From contig JAYWIR010000057.1 of assembly GCA_036172245.1 (NCBI GenBank), positions 372,001 to 436,000 of the forward strand: a stretch of DNA of 64,000 bases. Direction: 5' to 3'. Both the position numbers and the translations under genes were made by a program. Shown piece by piece: positions 13,101-28,100 of the stretch (position 1 is its first letter; each line of letters opens with the position of its first letter). The DNA is from Raillietiella orientalis (taxonomy: Eukaryota). The notes beneath the pieces were generated by a model that was not told where the DNA came from, made no database searches, and saw only the letters and a list, made by a program, of their open reading frames with translations.

Positions 13101-16100
13101 AGTCTCGTGCTCCGTTGCCATTCTTGCGCGATGTGGCAGCACGAGTGACGCAGCGAACAGGATGGCAGGGCATCAAGGGAACAGGGTGATGGGAGCGCTA
13201 CGGAGATGACGCACTTCGCGAAGGCTCGCCGACCACCTCTCAGCAGGGATTCACGACCCGTCTTCCGATCTTCTCTGATTTATCGCGCTCCTCAAAACCG
13301 CACTCACCTGTTTGCCTTCGTGTCGCGCGCCTCCGATGTCTCCTCCAGATGCTCCATGCAGACGAAGCTGAGCAGTTTCAAGAGCATCCATAAAACAAAA
13401 GGAAAAAAAAGAATATGAAAAAATAGGCAATAGTTCTGGATGCTCTTAGAAAGTCCACGAGGTCGTGCCAGGCACACCTCCGACAAGTGCATCCTGTTGC
13501 GAGGCTATCGGAAATGTCTTTCCTGCGAATACCTTCGCAGGCCGTCACGAAGATTCTGCGATCTTCCGAAAGCGAGCTCAGGGTTCGATCGGGCTGCCAC
13601 TGCGGAATCCTCTTTCGAGGGCTGGCGCGCGTTCTCTTCCGAATTTGGAAGCAAAAAGACCGCAAAGTGAACAGAGGATTCTTGCAGGACTTTCCCTTCC
13701 CGACGTTCAGAGGATCACGAACCATGCGTCACGCTTCAGCGTCCCTCATCCGGGTCGCTCGAGGAAGAATTCCGGGATTCTCGTGTGAAAGAAAACTCGA
13801 CCGTCCTGAAACTGGTTTTCGCGAATCCTCATCCAACATTTTTCCTTGGAACTTTTTCGAAGATGCGCTCTTCCCCGGAGGAAGAACCAGAGTATCGGAA
13901 CATCCGCCCTTTGCGCCAAGGGCAGCTTCAGTCTTTCCTTCTGAACGAGCGTCGTGAGCGGAAAAATGCTCGGATACTGTTGCCAAAGGCGACTGTTCTC
14001 TCCCTGCGCCTGTGTTTTTCTCTTTCCCTCGATCTTCGAGCCATTTAGGAATCATCAGTTGTGAAAGCGGCTGCGTCCTATCTCGCCCGTTGTCCCTCGC
14101 TGGATTTCATTCAATGATTGTTATCCATCTTTGCATCTATCCGGAACGTCATTTCATTTCTGCCGCCGTGTTGGTCAGGGCGCTGCGATTACCAGACAAC
14201 TCAGAGACGCTCTCGGTGATCGCTCGCGTGGCCATGAAATCCTGGGTGGTTCCGATTGATTTCGGATGGCGGAAGTGCAAAGAGGCCCTGCTCGAAGAGC
14301 GCACTTTGCAAGCCTCTTGGTATCTCGTAGCAAACCAAGGGCTCCAGACGAAGTGCCAGTCTTTGCAACCCTTTCTCTGCTGAAGTACTGTCGTATCCTC
14401 CAGGAAGGAAGTGTTTACGATGAGAAGGACCCATCGTAAGCGACGGTGCTTTCTGTACAAAGGGACAAAGTGTATTCTTCAAAAAAAAAAAAAAAAACAT
14501 TTTTTTTTTTGTACAAAGTAGCAGATGGGTGGGTGACTGTCTCCATAGTTTCTTCGAGTTCTTTCGCTGCTTTCTCTTGCTCACGATGGTTTGTCGCAAG
14601 TTAACAGGACGCAGTCAGTTGCACTGCGGCCTGAAGAGGCCAAACACGACACCGGCGTGTTTCGCGCAGCTGACCGGAGCTGCAACTCATGGGCAGACAC
14701 GGCAGATAGAACGGATCCCTGAGGAACACTTGCACGCAACGCTATGTGGAAGCTCACGGTTTAGGGAACTGCCTTCTCGCCCGCGAGACAAACGAGGTTA
14801 TCTTGCGAGAGAGGAACGCGTTATCGCTCCGCACTTGCTTTTCCCATTCGAATTTCAGTTTCGATCGGACCGGTTGGACTTGGGGGAGGAGTTGCTTGGC
14901 AGAAAAAAAGATGTAAACAGACAGTCTCATCTGCGAAACGCCACCGCGAGTCCAGAGAAGGTTTGTCAGTGACGTCGGTCTTCCGGCACCCCAGATCCGC
15001 TTGGCCCCTCTTTCATCGATTCATCTGGAGAAAGGCAAGTTTGACGTGGAGGGAGAGCAGAACTCGTTTCCTCGACAACGAGGTCTTCTTCTGTTTGCGA
15101 TGCCGGGAGTTTTTCGAGCTCCCTTCCAGGAACGAGTTCGCCGTCGCATTAGGATGCTCAGAAGGTCGTTTGCACAAATGGAGAAGTCTTTGAAGAAGAG
15201 TCTTTGCACCTTGGCTCGTGTGAAGAGAGTGGAAGATCTCGGCGTGTCTTTCAAAGCGAGAATAGTTGCAAGAATTCAGTGGCACGAAGAATGTCCGTAA
15301 CTCGGAATCGGAATGGATTCTTCTGTTCTTATGGCTTCCCTCAACGCGGCATGGGCCTGCCTAAAATGGTGGAGCTTTTCCTCTTCCTTTGGACTCGCAA
15401 AAAATTCTGCTTCAAGGATGAAGATGGGAATACAAGCGACTGAGGTCACAATTAGCAGGACAGTCTATCCGTGGCTGCCGGTCATGACCAAGTTCTCCTC
15501 AGATAGACTCAGAAAACGCTCTTTGAGAAGCAGAAGACCAGCACTCGGTGATGTTCGCGATCTCCCAGACCGTCGTCACACCTTCTGCGCAGCGGATGCG
15601 TGAATTTCCGGTGACGAACGGCGATCGGTTGCCACGTTCCCGAGTTGGCAGCTCCGTGAGCTTTCCGAAGAGATCAGCCTACGGTTTCAAGGAAGGTCGG
15701 AGATGACCCCGGCGGACGCGATTGCCTCTCTTCGGCCAAGCGGGGAACTGGTAGCACCTCAGGGCAGGGAAACTGCATCGTCTCCGACGACCTCCTTCTA
15801 TAGCGTGGCAAATCTCCCGTGATGGGGGAACGGGGGGTCCGCTGCCCTTTGACTCGGTTGCCACGACAACTCGATCGCTTGGGGAAGCTGCGTCCCCTAT
15901 GCTCACCGGCATCCTTAGGAATGACGTAAAACGGAATCTGCTTGTATCCCCCCGTCCACCCCTCCCCCTGCATCCCAGAGACAACATCAGCTCGTGAAAC
16001 GCAGCTCTTTATTCTGAGAACGCATCGCTGAAGATTCCTGCTGCCTTCATCCCCTGCTCTCATGATGTTTGGAACACTTCTTAGGCATTCCCGTCGATGC

Positions 16101-19100
16101 AGAGAGCGCCTGGTTAAATCGTTTTTTCCGTTTTCCAAGTCGAGATCTCGTCGTTCTCCTTTCACATCTCCTCTTCAGAAGAGAAGAGTGTGAGGCGGGC
16201 ATGTCTCTCCACCCCCCCGTCTTCCGCCGCAGCAGCGCCAAGGCAAGAGGAGACTCGACAAATGGACAAGTCGGTTCACACTCCTCGCACAATAGAGGGC
16301 GTCTTTCACTGCAGCCTTCGGTCGTGCTTCCTGAGATGAGCTAGAGGTTATGATGAGGAGGGGGAAAGGAAGGGGGGGAGGAGACTCCAAGGCTGTCACC
16401 GTCTACAAGGCAATGCAGAAGAAATACAGACGCTCCGCCATCAAGAAATTGTTGCGCACTTAACCTACATTTAAATGTGCGAGAACCGGGATGGTACTCA
16501 CGGCCCGAAGCCCAGGAAATGTCTGTTGCTCTGAAAGATTAGAACATCCTTGTGCTACATGCACATCGAATACGCTTGCTGCTCTCCGCGGATCAGGTTC
16601 GCTGTCTGATAACAGGGATATCCTCTTTCACAACACATTATGTGTAAACGGTACACCGGGACTCTGTAAACTGATGATGTTTGCGGTGCGTTTTCTGTAA
16701 AGGTGTCTTTTATATTATCTCCTCCACCGAAGTGCAGATGATGCGAAGAGGCTGCTTGGGAAATCATCGAGGGGCCTCCGTTTGCGACGCTGGTTTCCAT
16801 CCGCGCGGATTTATGCGGACTCGTGCACTCTGGGGTCGAGTTGCGCAAAGTGCATCTTTTCGAAAAGACAAGATTTTCTGGAGCGCCGGCATCTGGATAT
16901 TTTAACCCCCTCCCCTCCTCCCCGGCATCGGAGGAACGATCGATGTTGGGATGCACCGATCGCTGTTGCGGCGGCGGAGCAGAAGGACGTGAGGACTGCG
17001 TTCGTCCACCGCGCCCTCTGCCTGCGTGCTCCCCTTCCGCCTCGCTCTTCGTCTCCAGCCGCCTCCCTGGTCTGTCAGTTCGAATCGAATCTTTGCAAAA
17101 ACTGACAAAAAAAGAAAAAGATGCAAAACGGAATATCGGAGCAGTCATTTCGACTTTTCGAACGAGAGCCAATCAGAGCGCTTGCTTGGAAACGAAAGGG
17201 GTTCAGGCGAAAGGGGTTTGCTGCTTGCGTACGCGACTTATTCTGAGCATTACCTAAAATTCCACGACCTCAGTATCGGATGCACGAATGCAAACTGGGG
17301 ATGGGACCAACAGACAGACAGCCCTCTGTCGCGCCCTCCTGGGAGATGTGCGTGCGAAACGGTGGCGCATCCAAGACAAATGGATCCCTCACTCCCCCTT
17401 CCTGCATTTTTCCGCCAAAAGTCCGTTCCTCCCCGAGAGCACCCTCGCGTGCCCTCAACTCCCCTCAAGGGGGATTGTTTCTTCTTTCCGAGGTAGCCAG
17501 TCACCCCCCACTTTCACCGTGGCCGCCCGTTTCCGGCTTCCCCCACGGCCGTGGAAACTCGGACGCGCCGCAGGAACCAAGGATGGTTCCGATTCTCAAA
17601 CGCACTGCCGCCTGTGGGCCGCTCGGCGCGTGCCTCAGGGTGTGGTTACCACCGCTTAGGGGTACTAGGACGAGCCGCGATGCGGTCACTCGAGGCTACA
17701 CTTCCCCTCCCCCCCTTCCTTCCCCCAGTGGGACCTGCTAGGGAACTCGCAGCCAGCTCCGGGCGAACACGAGGAACGTTTGTTGACAAATATTGATGGG
17801 GCGCTTTATTGGTCCGCGCACTGAAAATAGACTGCAGTACACAGCCTTGGCATGGGTTCAGACTGGGTTGTTGCCGTTCCCAGCTTTCCTGTTGTATTTA
17901 AATATGCCACTATTAGTTTCATCTCGATGCGTGGCAGCGTGATGAATACGGAGATCCTCGTAGCGAGAGGGTTTATAATTAGTATTTCGCGGAGCCCGTC
18001 GCACGCCCAGAAGGAGCGCGCACCCGAGAGAAGCCGGGCTGGGAACGCAAATTCATCTGGCGAGATGCTTCCTCCTCCCGCGCGGTTCCCTCGACAGCGG
18101 CAGGTCGCTCAGCGAACTCACTCGGCTTCGACGGGACCGCCTGCGGCCGGGCAGGAGACTCTGGAACCGACCGCTCACCAAAGGGCACAACCAAAGAGCC
18201 AACCTCCGCGCGCGGAGGAGCTTCAGAGGAGCGAAGCAGCAGCAGCAGCCCCCTCCCCCCCCCGCACACACCTTTCTCTCCCCTTTCCCCTCCCTTTGCT
18301 GCCGCGAACTCGAGGAAGGCGGGAAAGGTCGTAGAAAAACGCTCCGGAGCGGTATGGCGCCGCGTTCTTCAGAGACCTCGGAGTCCTCGGCCAGAGGTTC
18401 CAAGAACCTGTCGAGAGCCAGGAGAAAAGGACACGCTTAGGCTGCTTCGAACTCCTCACCTTCCTCACCGGTCTGGAGCAAGTGCTTGCAACAGAGAGAG
18501 GACGTAGACGGAAACGTGACTTCCGCCCTCAAGTCCAGCGCCTCTCCGCTCAGAGCTCGGAATGTGCGTGCTCTCTCCCAGACAGCGGAACCTCCTCCGA
18601 CGGGGACCCAGATGAAGTTGGCAGCCCACGTTTCCTGAAAACCCCGTCTCCGCTACTCCACGTGCACCAGGAAATCCAGGGAGAAATCCAAAGAGTGTTC
18701 GCTCCTCGTTCGTGTTCCCTCCCTCCCTTCCGTGAAATTCGTTCGCGCAGGAAAGTCCCGTTTCCTGGGAGACGAGGCTTGAGCGCGTACCTACGGGCAT
18801 GGTGGAGGCCTCCTGGAGATGCACGCGGTTCCTCATCTTCAGAATGCCGAACGTCCCGTTGGAAATCCGGCTCGGCGTCTGAAAGGACTTGCAGAAATTC
18901 CGCGCACAGCAGTAAGAATCCAACTCTTCGATTCCCGTGGAAGCTGCGAGGACTTCTCTGGACCGCCGGAACGGAAAAAAGGCTTCCACTGGAGTCAGGG
19001 TTGCCAGCTACGACTTTCTTTCGTTTTCATTTTCCTCCCTCCGCTTCTGTTTCGCGCCTTCTTGAAACAGGGGACTTCCGGCAACAGACTACGGCTGCCT

Positions 19101-22100
19101 ACATTGCCAGGAGGCAATTCTTCTAACGACAGGAACCGGCAAAACCGCTTACAAATCGGGCTTTTAGGAAAATCCTTGCTGCCATGGTGACCTGGATCAC
19201 CTGAGCCGGAAGTTTCCTAGAGTTTTTCAGCTGAGAGAACTTCCTGCGTTTGTATTGAGGGATTTTTCGAGCGCGAAACGAAAAGATAAGAAAGAGGGTT
19301 TTGGCTGGTAGCCTGCCTACTTCTTCTGACCCCTAATAACCTGCCTACTTCTGCTGGCCTCTCCGCACTGGATGTGAGAGGAGAGACGCTGAAAGGACGA
19401 AGCAAGGATTTCGCGCTCGTTCCGCTCATGTCGTTGGAATTTTTCCGCATTTCCGAACAGGCCGGGGGTGAATCCTGTCGTCTTCTCTGCTGCTCTGACC
19501 GAATCCGTAAGAGTGAGTCGGTGACAGTCCCTCCCCGAAGGTATTAAAAGTGTTCAAAGTGCCCGCAGAAGAGGTCACAGTCGTCTTCGGGCATGCACAA
19601 TTAGCAGTTACTCACGTGGTCTGTCAGCACATGCACGGCCTTCGAACAAGCAGCTCTCAGGACAACCTCAGAACGCTTCGCCGACCATTTGCGTGGCCGC
19701 AAGCAAAAAGAGAAAAGAAGAAAAGCGAAAGAAGGGGGAGGGAGGAGGAGGGCGAAACACGAGAGCGAGCGAGCGAGCGAGCAACACGTGCTTTTCCTGT
19801 TGGAGAGAGATTTCTGCAGAGCTCCTGCGATCCAAGAGGTAAGCGAGTGCTTGGAACGATTCCTTTTGGAATTCGCTTCCCATCCGGGAAACACTGCCGT
19901 CCTGCGCAGCCAGACACCTGCGGATCCGAGGTTGACCACGAAAATAAGCTCTTCCTCCAGGAGAGCTGCCATGTAAAGGGAAAGTGCAGCCCAGTGGCAA
20001 AATCGAAAACCGAATCTTTTCCGCCAGAGGCGTCACGCGTTTCCTCGGTGCTCCACGTCATTCTGACCAGGCCGGATGACGTAGGAACGACAGCTCCCCG
20101 CACCTCACGCTTGCGAGCGGACTCTCCACGACGTCCTTTGCACTCTGGGAGGCTAACGGCAATCGTCCAGTGTTCCTAACGCGAGATGTCGCTCCTCGAG
20201 ATTTACTCTGAAGCGTCAGACGTTGCAGCCTCCATCTCCTTTCATCCCATTCCCATCTCGCCTGCATCTTTCTGAACCATTCACCGCCCTTCTGGTGCTC
20301 TGATGAAGTTTCCGACTGCTGGCCGGCTTCAATCAGCGGCGCCGCGCTCAGCCAAAGTCTCGCGTTGCCAACCAACCCTGAGGAGGGGGAATCCCGCACC
20401 ATAGTGTGGTGGAATACAGAAATCTGCGGCAGAAAGACCGAATCTTTCGAGGACACCGAAAACGCATTGGATACTCTGCAACAACAGATTCCTTTCCTCG
20501 AAGGATGTCTTCATCTGCTTCCCATTAACTGCAGACAAACAATAGGATGTGATTGCTTTCTGCGTGCCTGCAGCAACGTCAGAAGATGCTCGCTTTGTCC
20601 TTAGCGTTTGGATGGCAGGACCATCTATAATCGAATCCAGCCCTTTTCCATCCAAGAAAACAATGCTGACAGTAAATTAAAGAAGCGCTTGCTCGGCACT
20701 CGTAGAGAGGAAGACAGGAAAAGGAGCTGCTGATGTCCGACATCAGCAGCTGGCGGCTTGGAAGACTCCCTGAAAGAATGAATTCCCATTGAGTGACGCG
20801 AATTGCTGCTGGAGCTCACACACCTGTGCAGCTGTGGCTCCTTTCCTTGTTTTGGCTGCTTTCATCCGCCTCTTCCCGTCACATAGGCTTCATCTGTTTT
20901 AATCCTCGCTGTTTTGTTGTAGTCTTTGAGAACCAAATCCGCACGGAACCCGCCAATGGCATCGTTCCACCGAGACCGTTCTTGGACGGCTTCCAGCGTC
21001 GCCTTTCGCGGTCCGCGTTCAACTTCAAGCTATTCTTTCCCACATCTCCTTCACTCATAACACCTCGCCTCATGCGTGGTCGGTGGCTTCCCATTCTTCC
21101 GGTTTCTGCCGGGTGCTGGTGTTTCAAAGGACACGCGCAAAGACACACGCCGGGAGAAGACCGACGATGGGAAGAGAAATGCTTCCGCGAAAGTCCTTGT
21201 GCCTTTTCCTCCCAGTGGTCACCAGACCCATTCTTCCGCTTCATGGGATTCATTCGAAGGAGCGTGCGGTACTCATCCACGTGGGCTGCATTCAAGCAAC
21301 TTGGCTTGAATCCTCGTGGCTTGGCCCGCGTGGCGTCTTGCACGCGGGAACCCAAGACTCATTACCCCCTCCTCCTCCTTCCGACGCAGAACCATTAAGT
21401 ACCAGACTCTTCTCGTGGGTTGAGTTGAGGCAGCAGGGTCCATCCGGTACAGAGCCTTCAGCTTCTCCCATTCGATGCCCCACCGGCGCGCTTCTTTCGC
21501 AGCTTCTCGCACCGTTGATTGCCGTCGGCTGGCAGCAACACTCGGGGCCGATTCCAGTTGTGACCTCGAGCTTTTAATAACCCCAGTTGACGCTCGCTGT
21601 TTCCGTGAGGCAAGCGGTTTCTCGTAGATCGGTTTTCGGATTCATCGCAAAAAGGATGCTGCTGGCATTGGCAACGCCCTGGAGGCGGGTGACTTTATGT
21701 ACCGCATTTTATGTTCCGGAAGTGACCCGTTCACGCCGGTCAGCCGAAATCCTTGAGTCAAGCAAGCCAGTAACCCAAACTGCATTGGCTTTTGCGGAGG
21801 AGGAAGAGTCACACAGCATCACCCGCTTAGGACAATCACTTCTCAGATGGTCGATCGAACCGCAAGAACCCTTATTCGTTTTCTCCAGTCCCGGTGTCAG
21901 GTCGCGATTGGGGCACGCACTGCCGCTGAGTAGGCAAGAAGGCGCGAGAGGAAAGGAAGGCGGATTTTTGACATGCGTTGCCTACTCGCAAGGTGGCCTC
22001 CTCCGTAAGAAAGTCCAGCCCGTCCTGGTCGAGGGAATTCTTGTCCTCCATTCAAGAAGAGTACCGGTATTTTGCCTGCTTCAAGTAGTGTGTGTCACGT

Positions 22101-25100
22101 CTTCCGCGTCGCTCGGCGGATGCAGCTGGAGCCATCATCGAATAGGCGGCCCAACAGGCCATTCGCTTGCGCTTCCAGAGATTCACCTTCAGGCGTGCCT
22201 TGGTGTCCGACTTGAGGCGACCGGTCTTTCTTCCCCCGGTCTAAGGAGCCCTGGAGAAACCCCTCGCAGTTTTCCGGCACCTTTTCGGAAGTGCGAGAGA
22301 CACCTTCCAGGTGCTCCGCGATGACCCACCCGAGGGTGAGACTCACCTCCCCCCGAAACCAGCCGGGTTCGTTGCGCCCCTACCGTGTAATTGAGAAAGC
22401 AGCCGTATCTTAGCGGACCGCCGCTCGGCGGGACGCGCCCTCGTGTGCAATCGAAAACCACGCGCGGGTCACGCGGACTGCCGTGGCGGCTGCCTTCGTC
22501 GCTGGTAGCCAAAGCCTGCGAGGGCGAGCTGCCACGCTGGCATTCCTGTATCTCCAAAGGGGAAGAACTGACTCCTCTCTTTGATCGATCCTCTCCTGTT
22601 ACTTTAATCTCCCGCGATTTATGGGCACAGGCAAGTCCGACCGCTCTCGCCTCGTATCCAATTATGAGGTGTTCAAAGAGCCATCGCCGCATGACTTCGC
22701 GGCTCTCGGTCGCTGAAATGCGGATTAAGGCAGATCTTATTATTATGATAAAAGAGGGTTTTTCCTCTCATGTACCACGTTCGCGAAATTTTCGACCTTT
22801 TCTCCCGCAGGCAGTTTTCAAAAGAAAAAAAAGAAAAACAAAATGGCTGATCCAGACGCGGTTTCCATGGTTCTCCGCCTGAAGTGGCTTCTATTTGCGA
22901 AGACCGAAATCCGAGGCCATGGGATGTCGAAAGCGACTCTCCCAGTTCTCCCTCTCTGCCAGCATCGGCGAGAACGCTCCGAGAACGTCGGATTGTCTGG
23001 AAGGCGGAAGGAACGCCTTTCGTCTTCCTCGCGCGGTGCAGCGCTTGCTCTCCGATCCCGGCCCCAGTTTTCTTGCGCGGCTCTCCCTACGACCGAACGT
23101 CGGCCGTCCCCATCTTCCCAGAAATGCGGCCATTCTGACCCGGCCGGGATTTCCCCCAACTTCACCGACCTTCCCCGCCGCTGCCTCCGTGGCGTCCGGA
23201 GTCCACTTGAGATGAATCTCTTTGAGATGATTCAGCCTCTGAGATCTTGGACCTTCCAAGGAAGGGATTCCGACTTGGTCAAGTCCGGAGCCACTCTCCG
23301 CGCCTCCTATCAGCCAGGAGGGACTCTCTTCACGGTCTGGGATGCTACCATTTACGTGCAGAGTGGGAAAAAGCTGGTCGATGAGATACGTTATCCAGCA
23401 CGCCGCGGACGCTGACGTCTGCGAGAAGCGACCGGACAGAGGACACCTAGGGGAGGGGCATTTGCCACGGTCCCTAACGCCCACCGACGGGGGCGTCGTC
23501 GGCGGGAATCTCTCGTTCCTCTGACTTGAGTTTCCTTCTCGCCGTCTGCACGACGTCCGCTCTTCAGTTCGCTGGAGATAAAGGAGTTAACGCGAGTATC
23601 TCCTCCCCCCCTCCTCATCCTTCTCTTCTTCCTTTGCAAGTTGTCTCCTCCCCGCCGTCTGGGTGACGCGGCCGAGAGAGCGGCGTGGCTGGTACTTGTA
23701 TCGCCCGAGGCGAAGGGTTTCACGCGAGCGCCCAGGTTACAGGGATCGGAGGATGTCCACGAAACGCCCATGAAGCGCTGAGATGGCCCCAACAGTGGTC
23801 ATCTCGCAGTCGCGCTCCCAGCTTGGACCGCGAAGCACGCGCTCCGGTTTCGGAAGGCTGGAGAGGTCGAGGGGTCTCTGCACCGGGCTGGTTTCCGGTT
23901 TGCCGGGCAGAGCTCGTCGTTCTTGCAGCCGCTCCTTCCGCGGAGGCAGAGAAGCGGGCCGGGCGGGCGTGTGAGATCCAGTGACCACACGCAGGACGCT
24001 CTCAGAAAATCCCTGGTGACCGAGGTGCCGACCAGGCATCGCCTAAATGAGATCCAGCACGCCGCGGACGCTGACGTCTGCGAGAAGCGACCGGACAGAG
24101 GATACCTAGGGGGGGAGCATTTGCCACGGTCCCTTACTCCAGTTGACGGATCTTCGGAGGGGCCGTTTCGAGGTGGAAGATTCGGCCTCACCGCGAAGTC
24201 GCTCTCATGTCCGGTGGCGGGACGCCGGCGTGGTCATCGGGGTGACCCCAAGGAACTGTAGAGGGGACTCCGCGGGAATGGGGCGACCGCGGTAAGTCCA
24301 TGCGGTAGGGAGAGCCATCTATGCGGCCATGAGGGAAGCTGGACGCGCGCTCTCGACCGGTGGCGCTCCTGGAAGCAGCTGCAGAGAAAGCCGCGTGCGC
24401 GCGCAAATCCGGGGCGCACCGCGAGCGTCAAGAGGGGAGAGGGGATAGCCCGGGGCAGCGGCAGGGAGACCGCGCTGGCCCGCAACCACGTGACCCGTGC
24501 CTCCTGTTTCAGATGACTGGGAAGAGGACGTGTTCGTAGAGCTGGTTTTCGGGAATGCCACCAGGTATCGCTGCCCGGAAGTGACCGTCCAGTTCGTTGC
24601 CTTCGGGAGGGACTTTCTTGTGCACCTGAGGCCCGCCCCCGAGGACCAGGAGGCTGCCTCAGACTTGCCCACGGGCTGCAGCCTCCTCGGGCGCGTCGCC
24701 GGAGACGAGCGGTCGGAAGCGACGCTGACGCTGCTGCACGCGAGTGTCGTAAGTGTTGCGTGCCCTGAGGGGGAGGGGGGGGAAGGGGGGTGCGAGATCT
24801 CTGCCTTGCGCTCGGACCCTCGTCCGAGGTGCGAGCGGTGCGACTCCCACGTCGGTCCCCTCGGGGAATCTCCGCCGGCATCCGGGAAGTCGGGAGCGGG
24901 GCGCGCGGCAACTCCTCCTCCCCTTACGCCTCGGGAGGACCCGGGACGCTGGCAGGAGGACCGCCCATGCCCCCGCGCTGCACCGCCAGACACGCCTGCT
25001 CGGGAGTTTCCCGGTAGGAGAGAACGCGAACGTCCACTCCCCGGGGCGGCGAAGCGCTGCTCGGATCTGCGCCTGCCGGGCACGCCTGCCATCGAGCACA

Positions 25101-28100
25101 TGGATCGGCACATGGATGCCCCAGGAGGGGGGAGGGTATGCTGCGTCCCTTCCCCCACCCTGCCCCTGGACCTGCCGGCCGCACGTGCCTCCGCTAGCGG
25201 GTTCCGCGGTGGGGAAGGAGAGGCTCCAACGCAACGCCGCCTTCGCGCGCGCGCGGGTTCGCCTCCGGGCACGCGGGAGCCGCGCACTCCACGTGGTCCG
25301 GCCGCTCCGCTGGGATCTGACCTCCTCCTCCCCCACCGCGCGCGCTCCTTCCCTCCCTCTTCCGCCGCCGTCTCCCATGGAGGAGAGTCCTTGGCCTCCG
25401 CGGACTGACGACGGGACGCGGCTGGTTGCCAGGCGACCTCCCAAGTAGATCGGCACACGTTCGTCATGTCGGGGGACTCAGCCAGGCGCGGCGCGCTCGC
25501 AGGGCTGGACGAACGAGCTGACCTTTTTCTCCTCTCCCCCTTCCCGACCGGCTTCTCCATCCCGCCGGCTCGGGATGACGGAGGGAAGGAAGGGGAGTCG
25601 GCCCCCGTTCGCTCGGGAGTGCTTCGCCCGGCGGCTGCACTACCACGCGTAACATTCCACCTTTAGCGGGCGGCCCACTGCTCGCCTGCCGAGAACGCAA
25701 GCTGTCCATACCGGTGGATCGCCGCTGCTGCGCGTGCGCGAACGCCGTGAGACGGCACGCGCGCGAGGCGCTGTCACTGCCAGAGGGCCTTCGGTCAGCG
25801 GCAACGGTGGTGGTGGTGGTGGTGGTGGTGGTGGCGCTTTGGTACCCGCGGGATGGGAGGCGGCTTTCCGCCACCGCGAGGACTCCGGCACTGGCTGAGG
25901 ACGCGGAATAGGCCGCATGCCTCCCGCACGCGCTCCCCGCGCTCGTGGTGGGTCCATCTCCGCGTCGGCCCCTCGGCCCCTGGCCGCCTGCCCCTGCTCT
26001 CCCCGAGTGCCGCGGGAGGTCAGGGGTAGGGGCTCCGAGGGATGACCTCGGGAGACCCTCTCGCTGCTGCTCTCCCCCTCCCTCCGTCTCCTCCCACCGC
26101 AGAAGTGCGCATCCGCACGATGCGGGGACGTCAGGCGGCATCGTTTCGGCTGCAGCAGGCGCGCATGAGCGCGAAAAAAGCGTCGGCAAGGAGAGGGAGC
26201 GAACCCGTTGATGGACGCTCATGCACGGAAAGAAAATGGGGAGGAGGAGGAGGAGCGGGGGGGAAGCCCTCGCTCTCGTGGAAGGAGAATCCCAAGAATG
26301 GCTGCGCCTTTGCACGTGACGCGCTCTCGGATGCGCGTGATGCGAGCGCCAGAGAGTGACGCGGGAGGGGTGGGCGTGGAACGACAGCGGCGTCCTCCGG
26401 CGGGGTCGTGAGCGGGGACCTCGCTCCCCTGCGACCGAGTCGAGCTCTCAGGCGAGGAAGAACGGGAACGGGAGAAAGGGAGCATGCCCGTCGGGAGACG
26501 GACGGCGTGCGCCCGGACTCAAAACGCGGAGCGGGAGGGCGGCCACAGCGAGAAAGCCCGTCAAGGGATGCGCGCGACGGCACCCTCAGTCCCCGTCACT
26601 TGGCAAACTTTGCAGCTGAGAGGAACTTTGCACTCTACAAACGGTACCATCTCTCCCCGTGTGTAGAGTGCCCCTCCCTCTCCCCTTCGACTTTTTTTTT
26701 TAGTTACTCTGAAAACAACGAGATGCCGCCACGTGGAGAAGTGTTCAAAACCCACGATAGGCTGCGCTAGGCTTGCTACCGCATGATCCTGCTTGTTTCT
26801 CCGTCCCTCTCTCCTCGTTACCTCCGGTGCGAAAACTCGAAGCTGCCAGGTCCATGCTTTACCGCGATCCCATCCTCGAGGCAGATGCTTGTGCATCCAC
26901 GAAATTCACGATGGCCCGTTCTCGCATGGCCGGTTGTCGGCGCGACATTCTTCACCGATGGTTTCGATCCCCCCCCCCCCCCCCCCCTACAGATGCCGTC
27001 TCTTCGGGATTCCCTTTCCCTCCATGCAGACGATCGCGGATAATGCAGTCGCCCGAATCCCGGCCTAAGTCGAACACAAGCCGGAGCACTGCCGCTCCGC
27101 CCGTCGATGCAAATCATCCGCGGCGGTGGCGGCGGTGGCGACTCCCAGGTTCCGTTCCGGTCTTCGGGGGCGCGGCCTCCGCGTGGTGGCATCGAGTTGC
27201 AAGCCGGGGGGGGCGCCCTTTACTGGTGCAGGCGCGCTCCTCCGATGCCCTCCATCCTCACAATAGGAAGGCCCCGGGCAACTTTGTTCAGCTGCCGGCT
27301 GGCTGCGAGAGTTCTTGGCAGCCCTGCCTGAGGCACGCCGGGCGGACGCTGCTGAGACCTCAGATCATTCCTCAGGGTTTCCAGCAGACCAGGAAAGGGA
27401 GGGACGCCGCCATTCTTCCCAGAAACAGAGTCAGGCCATTTCTCCGGGAGGTGCGCGGGGACGAGCGGATTGTTCTTTAGGGTGCGCGCGTGCGAGGGGG
27501 AGGGGAGGCTAATCTTCCTTCTGACCCTTCATCGCGGCTGCAGGATGGCCGAACCTTTTTTCCGAAGGGATCCACTGCCCCAGCGTTCGGTGCCACCGCG
27601 CACCGACTGTTGGTAGCGACCGGTGGTGCGGAGATAACGGTTGTCCGCTCGTTCGCCGCGTTCCCGCAGCCGTCGATGCCCGTCGGCAACGCGACCACTG
27701 ACCGCCGACCAAATCGCTGGCGGAGGCTGCTTTGACTGCCCGGAGGTGTCTCGCCACTTGACGGAGCTGAGCTGGCGCTGCGGGCGGAGATTTCGGAGGA
27801 AAGGCGAACTGTCCTGCGAAGCGAGGGGATCCACGTTGACCCTCCTAGGGAGGGAATCCGGAAAACCTTAGGTAGAGATGCAAGGGGCGTGGATGGGCTG
27901 TTTGCGCGCTGCGAAGGAGACGACCTGACCTTGACTTGGATCTGGAAAGGCTCGTTCGGTCGCACGCTGGCTCTGGTCGCCACAGACAGTGCAGGGAGCT
28001 TTAGTGGAAGCTCCTCGTGTTCTCTTCCTAATCTTTGGACCGTCTTCCCAGGCCGACCGCTTCCACAGACGCTCGTCATCACCAGAGGGGACTTTCTGGA

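Noticed and set aside
24319..26583. 413-aa, 303-aa and 283-aa ORFs
   Set aside because: GC-rich shadow frames; only 24513-24748 has splice sites and prodomain motifs.
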